Shown piece after piece: positions 1 to 9,180 of a DNA stretch of 22,125 nucleotides. Within the stretch, counting starts at the first letter, position 1. Each line of letters begins with the position of its first letter. Origin of the DNA: a bacterium (GTDB taxonomy: Bacteria > Zhuqueibacterota > Zhuqueibacteria > Oceanimicrobiales > Oceanimicrobiaceae); assembly GCA_046758365.1 (NCBI GenBank), contig JBHIAC010000040.1:1-22125 (forward strand), given 5' to 3'. The notes under the pieces are model-generated. The model worked only from the letters and a program-made list of their open reading frames with translations, did not search any database and was not told the DNA's origin. The translations under genes and the position numbers were made by a program.

Positions 1-162
1 AAAAAATCTTTGAATCTTTTGATGGCATTTTTTCAAATTTAATCAATTATCAATAGAATAGCAAGCCTATTAATGACCACGAGAAAAAAAGTGGCAATCT
101 ACCTACTGGAGGACACGATTCAGAGAACCTTGTTCCTTGAAGGATGTATATAATCATAAGAG

Positions 163-198
163 AATAAAATCCCCGGGGTCTTGGAGACACCGGGGATT
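163..198 (-). terminator. Rho-independent terminator downstream of the DUF4384-type ORF
   Basis: AATCCCCGG (168-176) pairs with CCGGGGATT (190-198), inner GTCT/AGAC; on the minus strand the stem is followed by TTTTATT. Confidence 0.7.
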
Positions 199-319
199 CA
201 ATAGCAACTTGAACGAAAGCAACATAACAGCAAGCTGAAGTTCTAAATGAAATATCTCTGCGATTTTTTAGTCATTATTGCTGCATTAATTGAAGCCTAC
301 ACTTTTTATTAAAATAGCA

Positions 320-964
320 TTAATTATTCTTCTTCTCTAAAACACGCTGGAATACGTTATCGCTTGCCCATCCTTCAGTGGCAATAGGCTTCTCAACATC
401 TAAAGCAGGTAAGACTACAATTCCACGAGTGGATGAGCGGTTGATCTCGCGTTTAAGCTGGTCCAGGATCGTTCGAGTAATCTCCACTGCACTTTTGCCA
501 AGGTTAGTGAAGTCACCTTTGTCAGCAGCCAGTATGTCAATTTTGAGAGGTTTAGCGGTGGCAATTGCCTTCACCAGTTCTGGGCCTGCCGGGCCGCTCA
601 CCTGCATGCGGTAGTGGTTCGGTGCTGGCATTTTGTAAGTAAGACTGGCCTTCAAGTAGTTATCTTTTGAAAAACTATTGGGAAAGAGAACTGTTACCTT
701 ACCAGCCGGGTCAACGTCAACGAGGTAGAGGTAAGTGTTAGGATTGCCAGTGACATGAAGCATGACTTCACTACCGACACGTCTGAAACTACTGTAGCGC
801 AAGAAATTATATTTTGAGTCACCATTCGGCTTTAACCGTGGAGTTGATTGATTTAAGATGATGCCTTTGTGGGATGCAATCCGCGATCCATTTATTCTGC
901 AGATGGTTGTTTCTTTTACTTGAATTACGCCGGTGAGATTGTTGATCGTTTTTTTGGGGATCAC
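320..964 (-). CDS. DUF4384-domain protein, possibly a 5'-truncated remnant
   Basis: VGSEVMLHV...YLYLVDVDPAGKVTVLFPN...NYL...P...VSGPAGPELVKAIATAKPL fits the DUF4384 pattern. GTG start with no evident RBS or signal peptide and an in-frame stop 7 codons upstream, so the start is uncertain. Confidence 0.6.
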   Translation of the reverse strand: MIPKKTINNLTGVIQVKETTICRINGSRIASHKGIILNQSTPRLKPNGDSKYNFLRYSSFRRVGSEVMLHVTGNPNTYLYLVDVDPAGKVTVLFPNSFSKDNYLKASLTYKMPAPNHYRMQVSGPAGPELVKAIATAKPLKIDILAADKGDFTNLGKSAVEITRTILDQLKREINRSSTRGIVVLPALDVEKPIATEGWASDNVFQRVLEKKNN

Positions 965-1350
965 TGCAAAGGTGAAATGCAGCTACATTTAATCCCAAAC
1001 GAGAAAACGTGGTGACAGATTGGATTGGAAAAGCACGAAATCTCGGTAGTGTCGAAATCTTTATGAAAAAGAGGGCGTAGATTACTTAAAGTTGAGTATT
1101 AAGTTGAAAAGGTGAGCTTTGGTGTTGAGGGCGAGGAGGGAGAGAGACGTTTTTTAACGCACGGGGTAGAAGCTGGGCAGTGAGATAACTAGGTCCTCAG
1201 GACTTGTCGTTCTGAGCTCGATTCGTAGGGTGTCTGCGGCCTGAAACGAAGCCAATTGCGCGAAGAATATGTTGTTATGCCTGTTTCAGATTCTTCGCTC
1301 ATATGGTTCAGTGCAGATCGGCGAACGCGCCGTGTTATGTGCTCAGAAAG

Positions 1351-1797
1351 GGCTCGCGTGAGGCATTTGATTACACAGTGATAGGCGATTCTGTAAACCT
1401 TGCTGCTCGAATAGAAAGCGCAAACAGGCGGTATCAGACAATTTTGTTATTTTCAGAATTTACACACTAACAACTAACCAAAGCGATGTTTAGAACCCAC
1501 CTCTTAGATGTAATTAAAATTAAAGGCAAGTCTAAGGCAATCAAAGTTTATGAAGTCTACGGTGAATCTTCTGAAGAAATTGATTCTAAAGATTTATCTT
1601 GCTATCAGACTTATCATGAGGCATTTGAAGCTTATTGATCTCGAAATTTTTCAGAAGCTCGAGAGAAATTCACTTATGCCCAGTTTTTACGTCCTCATGA
1701 TCCTGCATCAAAAATTATGATTTCTCGAATTGGTTCCTTTAATCCCGAAGATTTACCTGATGATTGGGATGGCTCTGTTGCTTTAACTTCGAAATAG
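1351..1797 (+). pseudogene. Class III adenylate/guanylate cyclase C-terminal fragment with two in-frame stops
   Basis: Frame +1 reads GSREAFDYTVIGDSVNLAARIESANRRYQTILLFSEFTH*QL...LDVIKIKGKSKAIKVYEV...AFEAY*SRNFSEA...PDDWDGSVALTSK*. Stops are TAA 1468-1470 and TGA 1636-1638; the N-terminal half of the domain is absent. Confidence 0.85.
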
Positions 1798-1843
1798 CCA
1801 ACTGGTTTGCATTTTCTGTCATATCTCTTTACAATTTTAAAAC

Positions 1844-1871
1844 TTGACTTTTTGTAATTGGTTAGTTACTT
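1844..1871 (+). promoter_or_regulatory. Possible sigma70-type promoter
   Basis: TTGACT-N16-TACTTT about 70 nt upstream of ORF 1939. Confidence 0.35.
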
Positions 1872-1938
1872 TAAATCTCAATTTTAAATCTCCCGTTTTT
1901 TAGTAAATAACAACTTTGAACTAACAACCTTTTGGGAG

Positions 1939-3273
1939 ATGAACATGATAATAAAATCACTGTATAAGAATGGATTAGCCACTTTAATTTTAGCAGTTTT
2001 TATTCTGGATTCTGCACCGGCTCTTTCTCAATGGTCATTGGATAGAAGATATCGAGTTACGGATGAGGGCATTTTTATGGGAGGCATGGGTTTGGCTTTC
2101 ATTGAAGATGAAACCTATTTTGTTTTAAATTTGCGCACAGAATTGAGCATGGGGAAATTTGGTGTAGGAGTCGAAGTGCCTTTACGATTGAATACAAACA
2201 ACGGTGAGCTGCGTAACGAGGATTGGAATTCCACCTACGATTATTTCCGGGTTTTGAGGTATATTCGCTATGGCTACAAACACCGAACGCCAATTTATGC
2301 CAGAATTGGAACGCTTGATACCGCACGTTTGGGTCATGGATTTATCATGAATTACTACACAAATGAAGCCCAATACGATGACCGTAAAATCGGCTTAGAA
2401 TTTGATTTGAAATTTAAACTCTGGGGGTTTGAAAGTGTGGTCAGCAATTTTGAGCGCTTTGAAATTGTCGGTGGACGCGCCTATGTTCGACCGCTACGAA
2501 ATACCCCAAATATTGGATTGCTGAGAAAATTGACTTTTGGCGCTACAATCGTTATGGATGACGATCCTGACGGAACTCGTTCAACAGATGATCACGTGAC
2601 CATTGGAGGTGTTGATATTGAATTGCCTCTTTTATATTTAGGTCCATTTTTTAGCCATATTTATGCTGATTATGCAAAAATTCAAAATTATGGTTCTGGT
2701 CAAGCCCTGGGAATTGAACTGGGTCTGTGGAAATTGGGGGGTCTATTCAGCATGTATGCTAAATTAGAGAGAAGATTTTTAGGCAAACAGTTTCTGCCTT
2801 CGTATTTTGACCCATTTTATGAAAATGAAAGATTCCGGCAAATGCCGAATGGGCCGATAGCAAAAACCGACTTACTGTTACAAAGAACATCAAAAGAGCA
2901 AGGTATTTATGGGGAATTGTTTGGCCACTTTCTCAATTACATCAAATTTCTTGGCACCTTTGAGCGAATTGATGGGCAAAAGGATAGTGGCCGTTTACAC
3001 TTAGCAACTTTGCTTTCGAAATCTGTCGCCAGAATATCTGCACGCGCAGTCTATGATAAAACCAGCATCGAGGATTTTGAAGATGCATTTACCCTGGATG
3101 ATCGCTCCATTGCTAGGATAGGTTTGGGATATCAAGTAAATCCTTTCTTTTTTATCTATATGGATTATATCTGGACTTTTCAATTTAACGAAACTACCCA
3201 GAGCCTCGAAACGCAAAGGAGGGTGGAACCGCAAATTGCTTTCGTATTTCCGCTTAATTTTGGCGGCAAATAG
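1939..3273 (+). CDS. Uncharacterised exported protein, probably outer-membrane beta-barrel-like
   Basis: 444 aa. N-terminal hydrophobic signal-like segment ending APALSQ, many alternating amphipathic strands rich in aromatics and Gly, C-terminal QIAFVFPLNF. Confidence 0.6.
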   Translation: MNMIIKSLYKNGLATLILAVFILDSAPALSQWSLDRRYRVTDEGIFMGGMGLAFIEDETYFVLNLRTELSMGKFGVGVEVPLRLNTNNGELRNEDWNSTYDYFRVLRYIRYGYKHRTPIYARIGTLDTARLGHGFIMNYYTNEAQYDDRKIGLEFDLKFKLWGFESVVSNFERFEIVGGRAYVRPLRNTPNIGLLRKLTFGATIVMDDDPDGTRSTDDHVTIGGVDIELPLLYLGPFFSHIYADYAKIQNYGSGQALGIELGLWKLGGLFSMYAKLERRFLGKQFLPSYFDPFYENERFRQMPNGPIAKTDLLLQRTSKEQGIYGELFGHFLNYIKFLGTFERIDGQKDSGRLHLATLLSKSVARISARAVYDKTSIEDFEDAFTLDDRSIARIGLGYQVNPFFFIYMDYIWTFQFNETTQSLETQRRVEPQIAFVFPLNFGGK

Positions 3274-3470
3274 TCATGTTATTTATTTTTATTGAAATTC
3301 CAACATTAATTTTATAAATTAAACCCTGATCTTAAATGAATTATTCAAAAGCTAACCTTCATAAAGATTTTTAATTATTTGGATATTAAACATTTGCACA
3401 ATTCATTAAGTCTTCACAAATGTTTAACGATAAGAAGTATAGCTTTTCGTACTATCACCATATTGGATAG

Positions 3471-3587
3471 TTACGGCGGGGAAAAGGAATTTGTCCCAGA
3501 GGGGCGTATCGATTTAAATCCTTTAAAGAGGCGGATGAATGGATGCTCAAAATGTTGGTGAAAAGTTATCAAGAAATCCAACAATAG
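3471..3587 (+). pseudogene. Remnant of a small hypothetical protein (PRGxYRFKSFxEADEW type)
   Basis: Reads LRRGKGICPRGAYRFKSFKEADEWMLKMLVKSYQEIQQ*, preceded by in-frame TAG 3468-3470; family resemblance is from memory only. Confidence 0.4.
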
Positions 3588-4307
3588 ATGATAATGATAA
3601 AATTAAGTTCTTTTTATAAGAGCTTTAGTCCTTACATTGAAGCTGTACTAAATTTTATTTATCCTCCTTTTTGCATAATTTGCGATGTTCGTCTAGATTC
3701 AGGATCAGAATTAATCTGTGAACAATGCTGGAATTGCTTACCGCGTATTAATCACAGCATTGAAAATAAGCTAAATATTTCCAATAAAAATAGCAAGATT
3801 CCAGAGGTCTCTTGTGTGATTTCGGTATGGGAATATAGCGATGAGGTTCAAAAAATTATCCATGAAATGAAATATTTTAAGAAACAGTCATTAGCTGGAT
3901 TGATGGGCGATGAGATGGCTAAGTTGGTTTTAGCAGATCGTGTATATTCATCAGCGGATTTGATTATTCCAGTGCCCCTGCATAAAACAAGATTGCGGGA
4001 AAGAGGTTTTAACCAAAGCATTCTTTTATCCAATAGGATTGCGACAATTTCAAAAATTCCCGTTGAGCGCAATGTTCTTAAAAGAATACGCTACACTAAG
4101 CCTCAATCAAAACTCGGCGCTGTAGAACGTGAAAAAAATGTTCAAGGAGCATTTGAAGTAACTGAATCTAACAGTTTAATTGACAAACAGGTGATTCTTG
4201 TTGATGATGTGTTAACCACAGGTTCTACTATAAGAGCTTGTGCCAAGGTTTTAATCCAAGCTGGTGTATCAAAAATCTTAGCCATCACAGCCGCAAAAGC
4301 AATTTAG
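3588..4307 (+). CDS. comF: ComF family protein (double zinc ribbon + phosphoribosyltransferase-like domain)
   Basis: YPPFCIIC...ICEQC zinc ribbon; IPVPLH...RERGFNQS; ILVDDVLTTGST PRPP-binding motif. Confidence 0.9.
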   Translation: MIMIKLSSFYKSFSPYIEAVLNFIYPPFCIICDVRLDSGSELICEQCWNCLPRINHSIENKLNISNKNSKIPEVSCVISVWEYSDEVQKIIHEMKYFKKQSLAGLMGDEMAKLVLADRVYSSADLIIPVPLHKTRLRERGFNQSILLSNRIATISKIPVERNVLKRIRYTKPQSKLGAVEREKNVQGAFEVTESNSLIDKQVILVDDVLTTGSTIRACAKVLIQAGVSKILAITAAKAI

Positions 4308-4355
4308 ATTTTAAAATTATATAATTGCATTTTCACTTAATGTCAGAATTTCTGC

Positions 4356-4384
4356 TTGACATTTTTTTAAATTATTGTTATTTT
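4356..4384 (+). promoter_or_regulatory. sigma70-type promoter for the pfk-gap-tpiA-secG cluster
   Basis: TTGACA (4356-4361)-N17-TATTTT (4379-4384) with TG at the extended -10 position. Confidence 0.55.
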
Positions 4385-4436
4385 AGCATCGTTTTTTACT
4401 TTTTGGGGATATAAATTTGGAGTACATAAATTTACA

Positions 4437-5468
4437 ATGAGAATAGGGCTTTTAACTGGTGGAGGAGATTGCCCTGGATTGAACGCAGCTATCCGAGCGG
4501 TAACCCGAAGAGGCATTATATCCTATCAGTTTGATATTTTGGGAATCAAAAACGGTTGGGATGGTTTGGTCAACGGTGAGGTAGAACCACTAAGTTTGTA
4601 CTCGGTTTCTGGAATTCTTCCTAAAGGAGGCACTATTCTGGGAACCTCCAGAAAAAATCCATTTAAAAAGGATGAAGATGTTCAAAAAATTTTAGATAAT
4701 GTAAAAAAGTTTGATATAGACGCGATTGTGGCTATTGGTGGAGAAGACACTTTGGGAGTTGCACACAAGTTAAGTCAAAAGGGTCTAAAATTTGTTGGTG
4801 TGCCCAAAACCATCGATAATGATCTTCAAGGAACTGATTATACTTTTGGCTTTGATACCGCCGTAACCATTGCCACTGAGGCCATTGATCGATTACACAC
4901 GACCGCCGAATCGCATCATCGAGTGATGGTGATTGAGGTCATGGGTCGGCACACAGGATGGATTGCAGTTATGTCTGGGTTAGCAGGCGGCGCCGATTGT
5001 ATACTAATTCCAGAAATTCCCTTTACCATGGATCAAATATGTGAACTTTTAATGAAGCGGCACAAACGAGGAAAGAATTTCAGTATTGTCGTGGTAGCCG
5101 AAGGCGTTAAACCTAAAGAGCAGGAATCGTTTGTGACCCGCTCATCAAAAATTGACGAATTTGGTCATGTTATGTTGGGAGGAATTGGGGAATTCGTGGC
5201 TAAAGAAATCGAACAGAAAACAGGGATGGAAACTCGATTCACTATTTTAGGGTATATTCAAAGAGGAGGTTCCCCCACACCCTTTGATAGGGTTCTTGCC
5301 ACGCGGCTGGGGGTAAAAGCAGCAGATTTAGTTAAAGCTGGTGATTTTGATAAAATGGTAGCCATTCAATGTGGTAAAATAGTCAATGTGCCCCTTCAGT
5401 CGGTTCTTGAAAAACCGAGAGAAGTGGACCAAGATTTGTATGAGATCGCAGAAGTATTTTTCGGTTAA
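4437..5468 (+). CDS. pfkA: 6-phosphofructokinase (group III / mixed-substrate family), PPi-type signature
   Basis: TGGGDCPGLN, GGTILGTSR, GGEDT, PKTIDND, EVMGRHTGW, LGYIQRGG motifs. Confidence 0.93.
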   Translation: MRIGLLTGGGDCPGLNAAIRAVTRRGIISYQFDILGIKNGWDGLVNGEVEPLSLYSVSGILPKGGTILGTSRKNPFKKDEDVQKILDNVKKFDIDAIVAIGGEDTLGVAHKLSQKGLKFVGVPKTIDNDLQGTDYTFGFDTAVTIATEAIDRLHTTAESHHRVMVIEVMGRHTGWIAVMSGLAGGADCILIPEIPFTMDQICELLMKRHKRGKNFSIVVVAEGVKPKEQESFVTRSSKIDEFGHVMLGGIGEFVAKEIEQKTGMETRFTILGYIQRGGSPTPFDRVLATRLGVKAADLVKAGDFDKMVAIQCGKIVNVPLQSVLEKPREVDQDLYEIAEVFFG

Positions 5469-5521
5469 TAAAAAACTTTTATCGTTTAAGGAGAAATTGG
5501 ATAATCAAAAAGGAGACCTAA

Positions 5522-6535
<1,014 letters not shown>

Positions 6536-6607
6536 GGTATAAATCGTTCGTAAGGAAACTTATTTTAACTTTAATAAAGTATAATATTATGTAATAAGGT
6601 ATCTTTA

Positions 6608-7381
6608 ATGAAAAAACGAAGGATCATAGTAGGTGGCAACTGGAAAATGTATAAAACACCCAGCGAGGCTATTCCTGCAGTACAAGCATTAAAAGATAAG
6701 TTAATAAATGTGGATGAAGTGGATGTGGTTGTTTGTCCGCCTTTTACTGATTTAATACCAGTTTATGAGATTATTAAAGAGTCAAAAATTAAGTTAGGCG
6801 GACAAAATATTCATTGGGAAGACCAAGGTGCATTTACAGGAGAAATATCAGCTCAAATGCTAAAGGATTCTGGTTGTGAGTATGTAATAATTGGTCATTC
6901 TGAGAGACGACACCTATTTGGTGAAAAGGACCAAGAGATCAATAAAAAGAATCGAAATGCCCTTGCCTCTGGTCTAAAACCCATCTTCTGCGTTGGTGAA
7001 AAGTTGGAGCAAAGAAAGAGCGGACTTACTCAAAAGGTGGTTGAAGAACAGGTTAGAGCTGGACTTACTGAGATTAGTCTATCAAATGGTTACGACCTGG
7101 TTTTGGCTTATGAACCTGTCTGGGCCATTGGAACTGGCGAAAATGCAACACCTGACCAGGCCGAAGAGGTTCAGAGTTTCATACGGGAACTGTTGGCGGA
7201 GTTATACACAAAAGAACTCGCTGAGGATATCCGTATTCAGTATGGTGGCAGTGTAAAGCCTACAAATGCAGAAGAGCTCATGCGTCAGGAAAATATAGAC
7301 GGTGCGTTGGTAGGCGGCGCAAGTCTCGATGCAGAAAGTTTTGCGGCAATCATTAAAGCCGCCGAAAAAGTTAGCCATTAA
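6608..7381 (+). CDS. tpiA: Triosephosphate isomerase
   Basis: GNWKM, GHSERR, AYEPVWAIGTG, YGGSV, LVGGASL. Confidence 0.98.
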   Translation: MKKRRIIVGGNWKMYKTPSEAIPAVQALKDKLINVDEVDVVVCPPFTDLIPVYEIIKESKIKLGGQNIHWEDQGAFTGEISAQMLKDSGCEYVIIGHSERRHLFGEKDQEINKKNRNALASGLKPIFCVGEKLEQRKSGLTQKVVEEQVRAGLTEISLSNGYDLVLAYEPVWAIGTGENATPDQAEEVQSFIRELLAELYTKELAEDIRIQYGGSVKPTNAEELMRQENIDGALVGGASLDAESFAAIIKAAEKVSH

Positions 7382-7392
7382 GGAGAGGGAAA

Positions 7393-7776
7393 ATGTATAC
7401 TTTATTAATTGTTGTTTATACTTTTATTTGTTTTGCTTTGGCCGTAGTTATTCTTTTGCAATCAAGTAAAGGCGGTGGTTTGGCAGGAGCTTTTGGTGGA
7501 GCGGGTGGTATGGGTGCCGTTTTTGGTGGGCGTGGTGCAGCTACTTTTTTAAGTCGAATGACAACGGTATTGGCCGTGGCGTTTTTATCTATATCCCTAA
7601 TAATTGCGCTCTTAACTAAAGGAACTGTGGATTCTGGTAAGAGCTTAGTTGAACAGGAACGCGGTAAAATGCGTCCAGCAGCTGGATTACCTATGGTACC
7701 AACGGAGAATACTCCACAATTATTACCGGTAACGCCAGATCAGACGACTCAGACATCCTCGGATACTACGCCTTAA
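7393..7776 (+). CDS. secG: Preprotein translocase subunit SecG
   Basis: Two hydrophobic helices, ILLQSSKGGGLAGAFGG motif, position after tpiA. Confidence 0.92.
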   Translation: MYTLLIVVYTFICFALAVVILLQSSKGGGLAGAFGGAGGMGAVFGGRGAATFLSRMTTVLAVAFLSISLIIALLTKGTVDSGKSLVEQERGKMRPAAGLPMVPTENTPQLLPVTPDQTTQTSSDTTP

Positions 7777-7794
7777 ATTTAATAAATCAAAGCT

Positions 7795-7877
<83 letters not shown>

Positions 7878-7920
7878 CAAATGATTAATTTTGTTAACTA
7901 ATGTAAGGGAGGTATAGGTT

Positions 7921-8976
7921 ATGAAGTTATCAAAAAAAATCTTTACAAGTCTATTTTTAATGCTTTCCTTGAGCTTACTTGTAGCAAGTATTGGATTAAA
8001 CCAAGACTTAAATCAGCAAAAACAAGAAAAATTGAAACGTGTTCATGAAATTGATGCCAAGCTCAAAGCGAGTCCATCAGCGGATGAGTACGAACTGCTT
8101 ATTAAAGAGCGAGAGAAACTGGTGGCAGAAATTAAAGAAATTGACAAAAAATTGCAGTCCGATGTGGAGGCTATGAAAAAAATTAACGCAGTAAAAAAAG
8201 CCTATAACGATGGCAATAATGCATATAAACTTGGCCAACTACAAGAAGCTCTTAACCAATATAACAAGGCTCTATCTATTGATTCTACCTTTTTTAAAGC
8301 CTATTACGCAAAGGGTCTCACATTAAAAAGGATGAGAAAGTATCCCGAGGCGATTGTAGCTTATAAAGCTGCAATTCGTCATAATCCAACTTATACCGAG
8401 ACGTATTTTGCCTTGGGTAAAATCTACAGTCAACTGAATAAGCCTAATAATGCTATTGATACTTATATGAAGTCGATCGAATATGATCCCACTTCTCATA
8501 AAGCCTATTATGAATTAGGGGCAATTTATCTTAATAAAAAGAGAAATTATAAAAAGGCGATCGAAAATTTTACCAAAGCAACCCAAATTAACCCTGAATA
8601 TGATTTGGCTTTTTATAGTTTGGGGGTAAGTCTAACGGAACTTTCTAAATACAATAAGGCCATTATGGCATTAGAAAACGCGTTAGCTGTCACCAAAAGG
8701 AAAAGATGGGCAGAGCCTCATTATCGATTGGCCGTTATTTTTAATAAACAAGGTAAATATACTAAAGCAAAAGGAGCAGCTATTAATGCCTTAAAATACA
8801 AAAAAAATTATGCCCCGGCTGCGTATGAAGCTGGAAAAGCCAGCAAAAACTTAGGTCAATTTACCGAAGCTATAAATTATTTTCAGATTGCTGCAAAAGA
8901 TAGACTCTGGAGAAAGGCGGCGGAGTATGAAATCGATTTGATTCAAAATAGAGATAAATACGGCGGCATTAATTAA
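7921..8976 (+). CDS. Exported tetratricopeptide-repeat protein with N-terminal coiled coil
   Basis: Signal-like N-terminus, charged helical stretch, then repeated 34-aa units (AYYAKG, TYFALG, AYYELG, AFYSLG, PHYRLA); RBS GGAGG. Confidence 0.85.
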   Translation: MKLSKKIFTSLFLMLSLSLLVASIGLNQDLNQQKQEKLKRVHEIDAKLKASPSADEYELLIKEREKLVAEIKEIDKKLQSDVEAMKKINAVKKAYNDGNNAYKLGQLQEALNQYNKALSIDSTFFKAYYAKGLTLKRMRKYPEAIVAYKAAIRHNPTYTETYFALGKIYSQLNKPNNAIDTYMKSIEYDPTSHKAYYELGAIYLNKKRNYKKAIENFTKATQINPEYDLAFYSLGVSLTELSKYNKAIMALENALAVTKRKRWAEPHYRLAVIFNKQGKYTKAKGAAINALKYKKNYAPAAYEAGKASKNLGQFTEAINYFQIAAKDRLWRKAAEYEIDLIQNRDKYGGIN

Positions 8977-8996
8977 GTAAATCTACCAAAGATATT

Positions 8997-9133
8997 TAAA
9001 ACACCCACCTAACTTAGGGGGTGTGAAAAATTAAGTTGGTAATCTCAGAGTTATTCTTAATTTGTTTTTATTAGACTTGAGTCTAAATAAAGTTCCAAGT
9101 TATTTCTTCACACCCCCTTGGGTGGGTGTTTTA
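8997..9133 (+). terminator. Terminator stem interrupted by an insertion
   Basis: TAAAACACCCACC (8997-9009) is the exact reverse complement of GGTGGGTGTTTTA (9121-9133), followed by TTTT; the arms are now over 100 nt apart. Confidence 0.6.
9016..9118. mobile_element. MITE-like non-autonomous element (~103 bp)
   Basis: 24-bp terminal inverted repeats 9016-9039 and 9095-9118, 21/24 identical with the outer 12 bp (AGGGGGTGTGAA) perfect; no ORF; internal hairpin TTAGACT-tg-AGTCTAA. Confidence 0.65.
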
Positions 9134-9180
9134 TTTTATATTCAAGAGTGAATATATTAAAAATTTAAAGAGATTCGACA

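Noticed and set aside
1468..1638. Stop-codon recoding (Sec/Pyl or alternative genetic code) in the cyclase and dehydrogenase fragments
   Set aside because: Stops are of mixed types, not at Cys-equivalent positions, both genes are also truncated, and intact genes here end normally at TGA, TAA and TAG
3379..3561. 60-aa ORF from the track, or a structured RNA closed by TCACCA/TGGTGA
   Set aside because: An alternative frame gives a more protein-like peptide; the pairings are short and match no riboswitch I recognise
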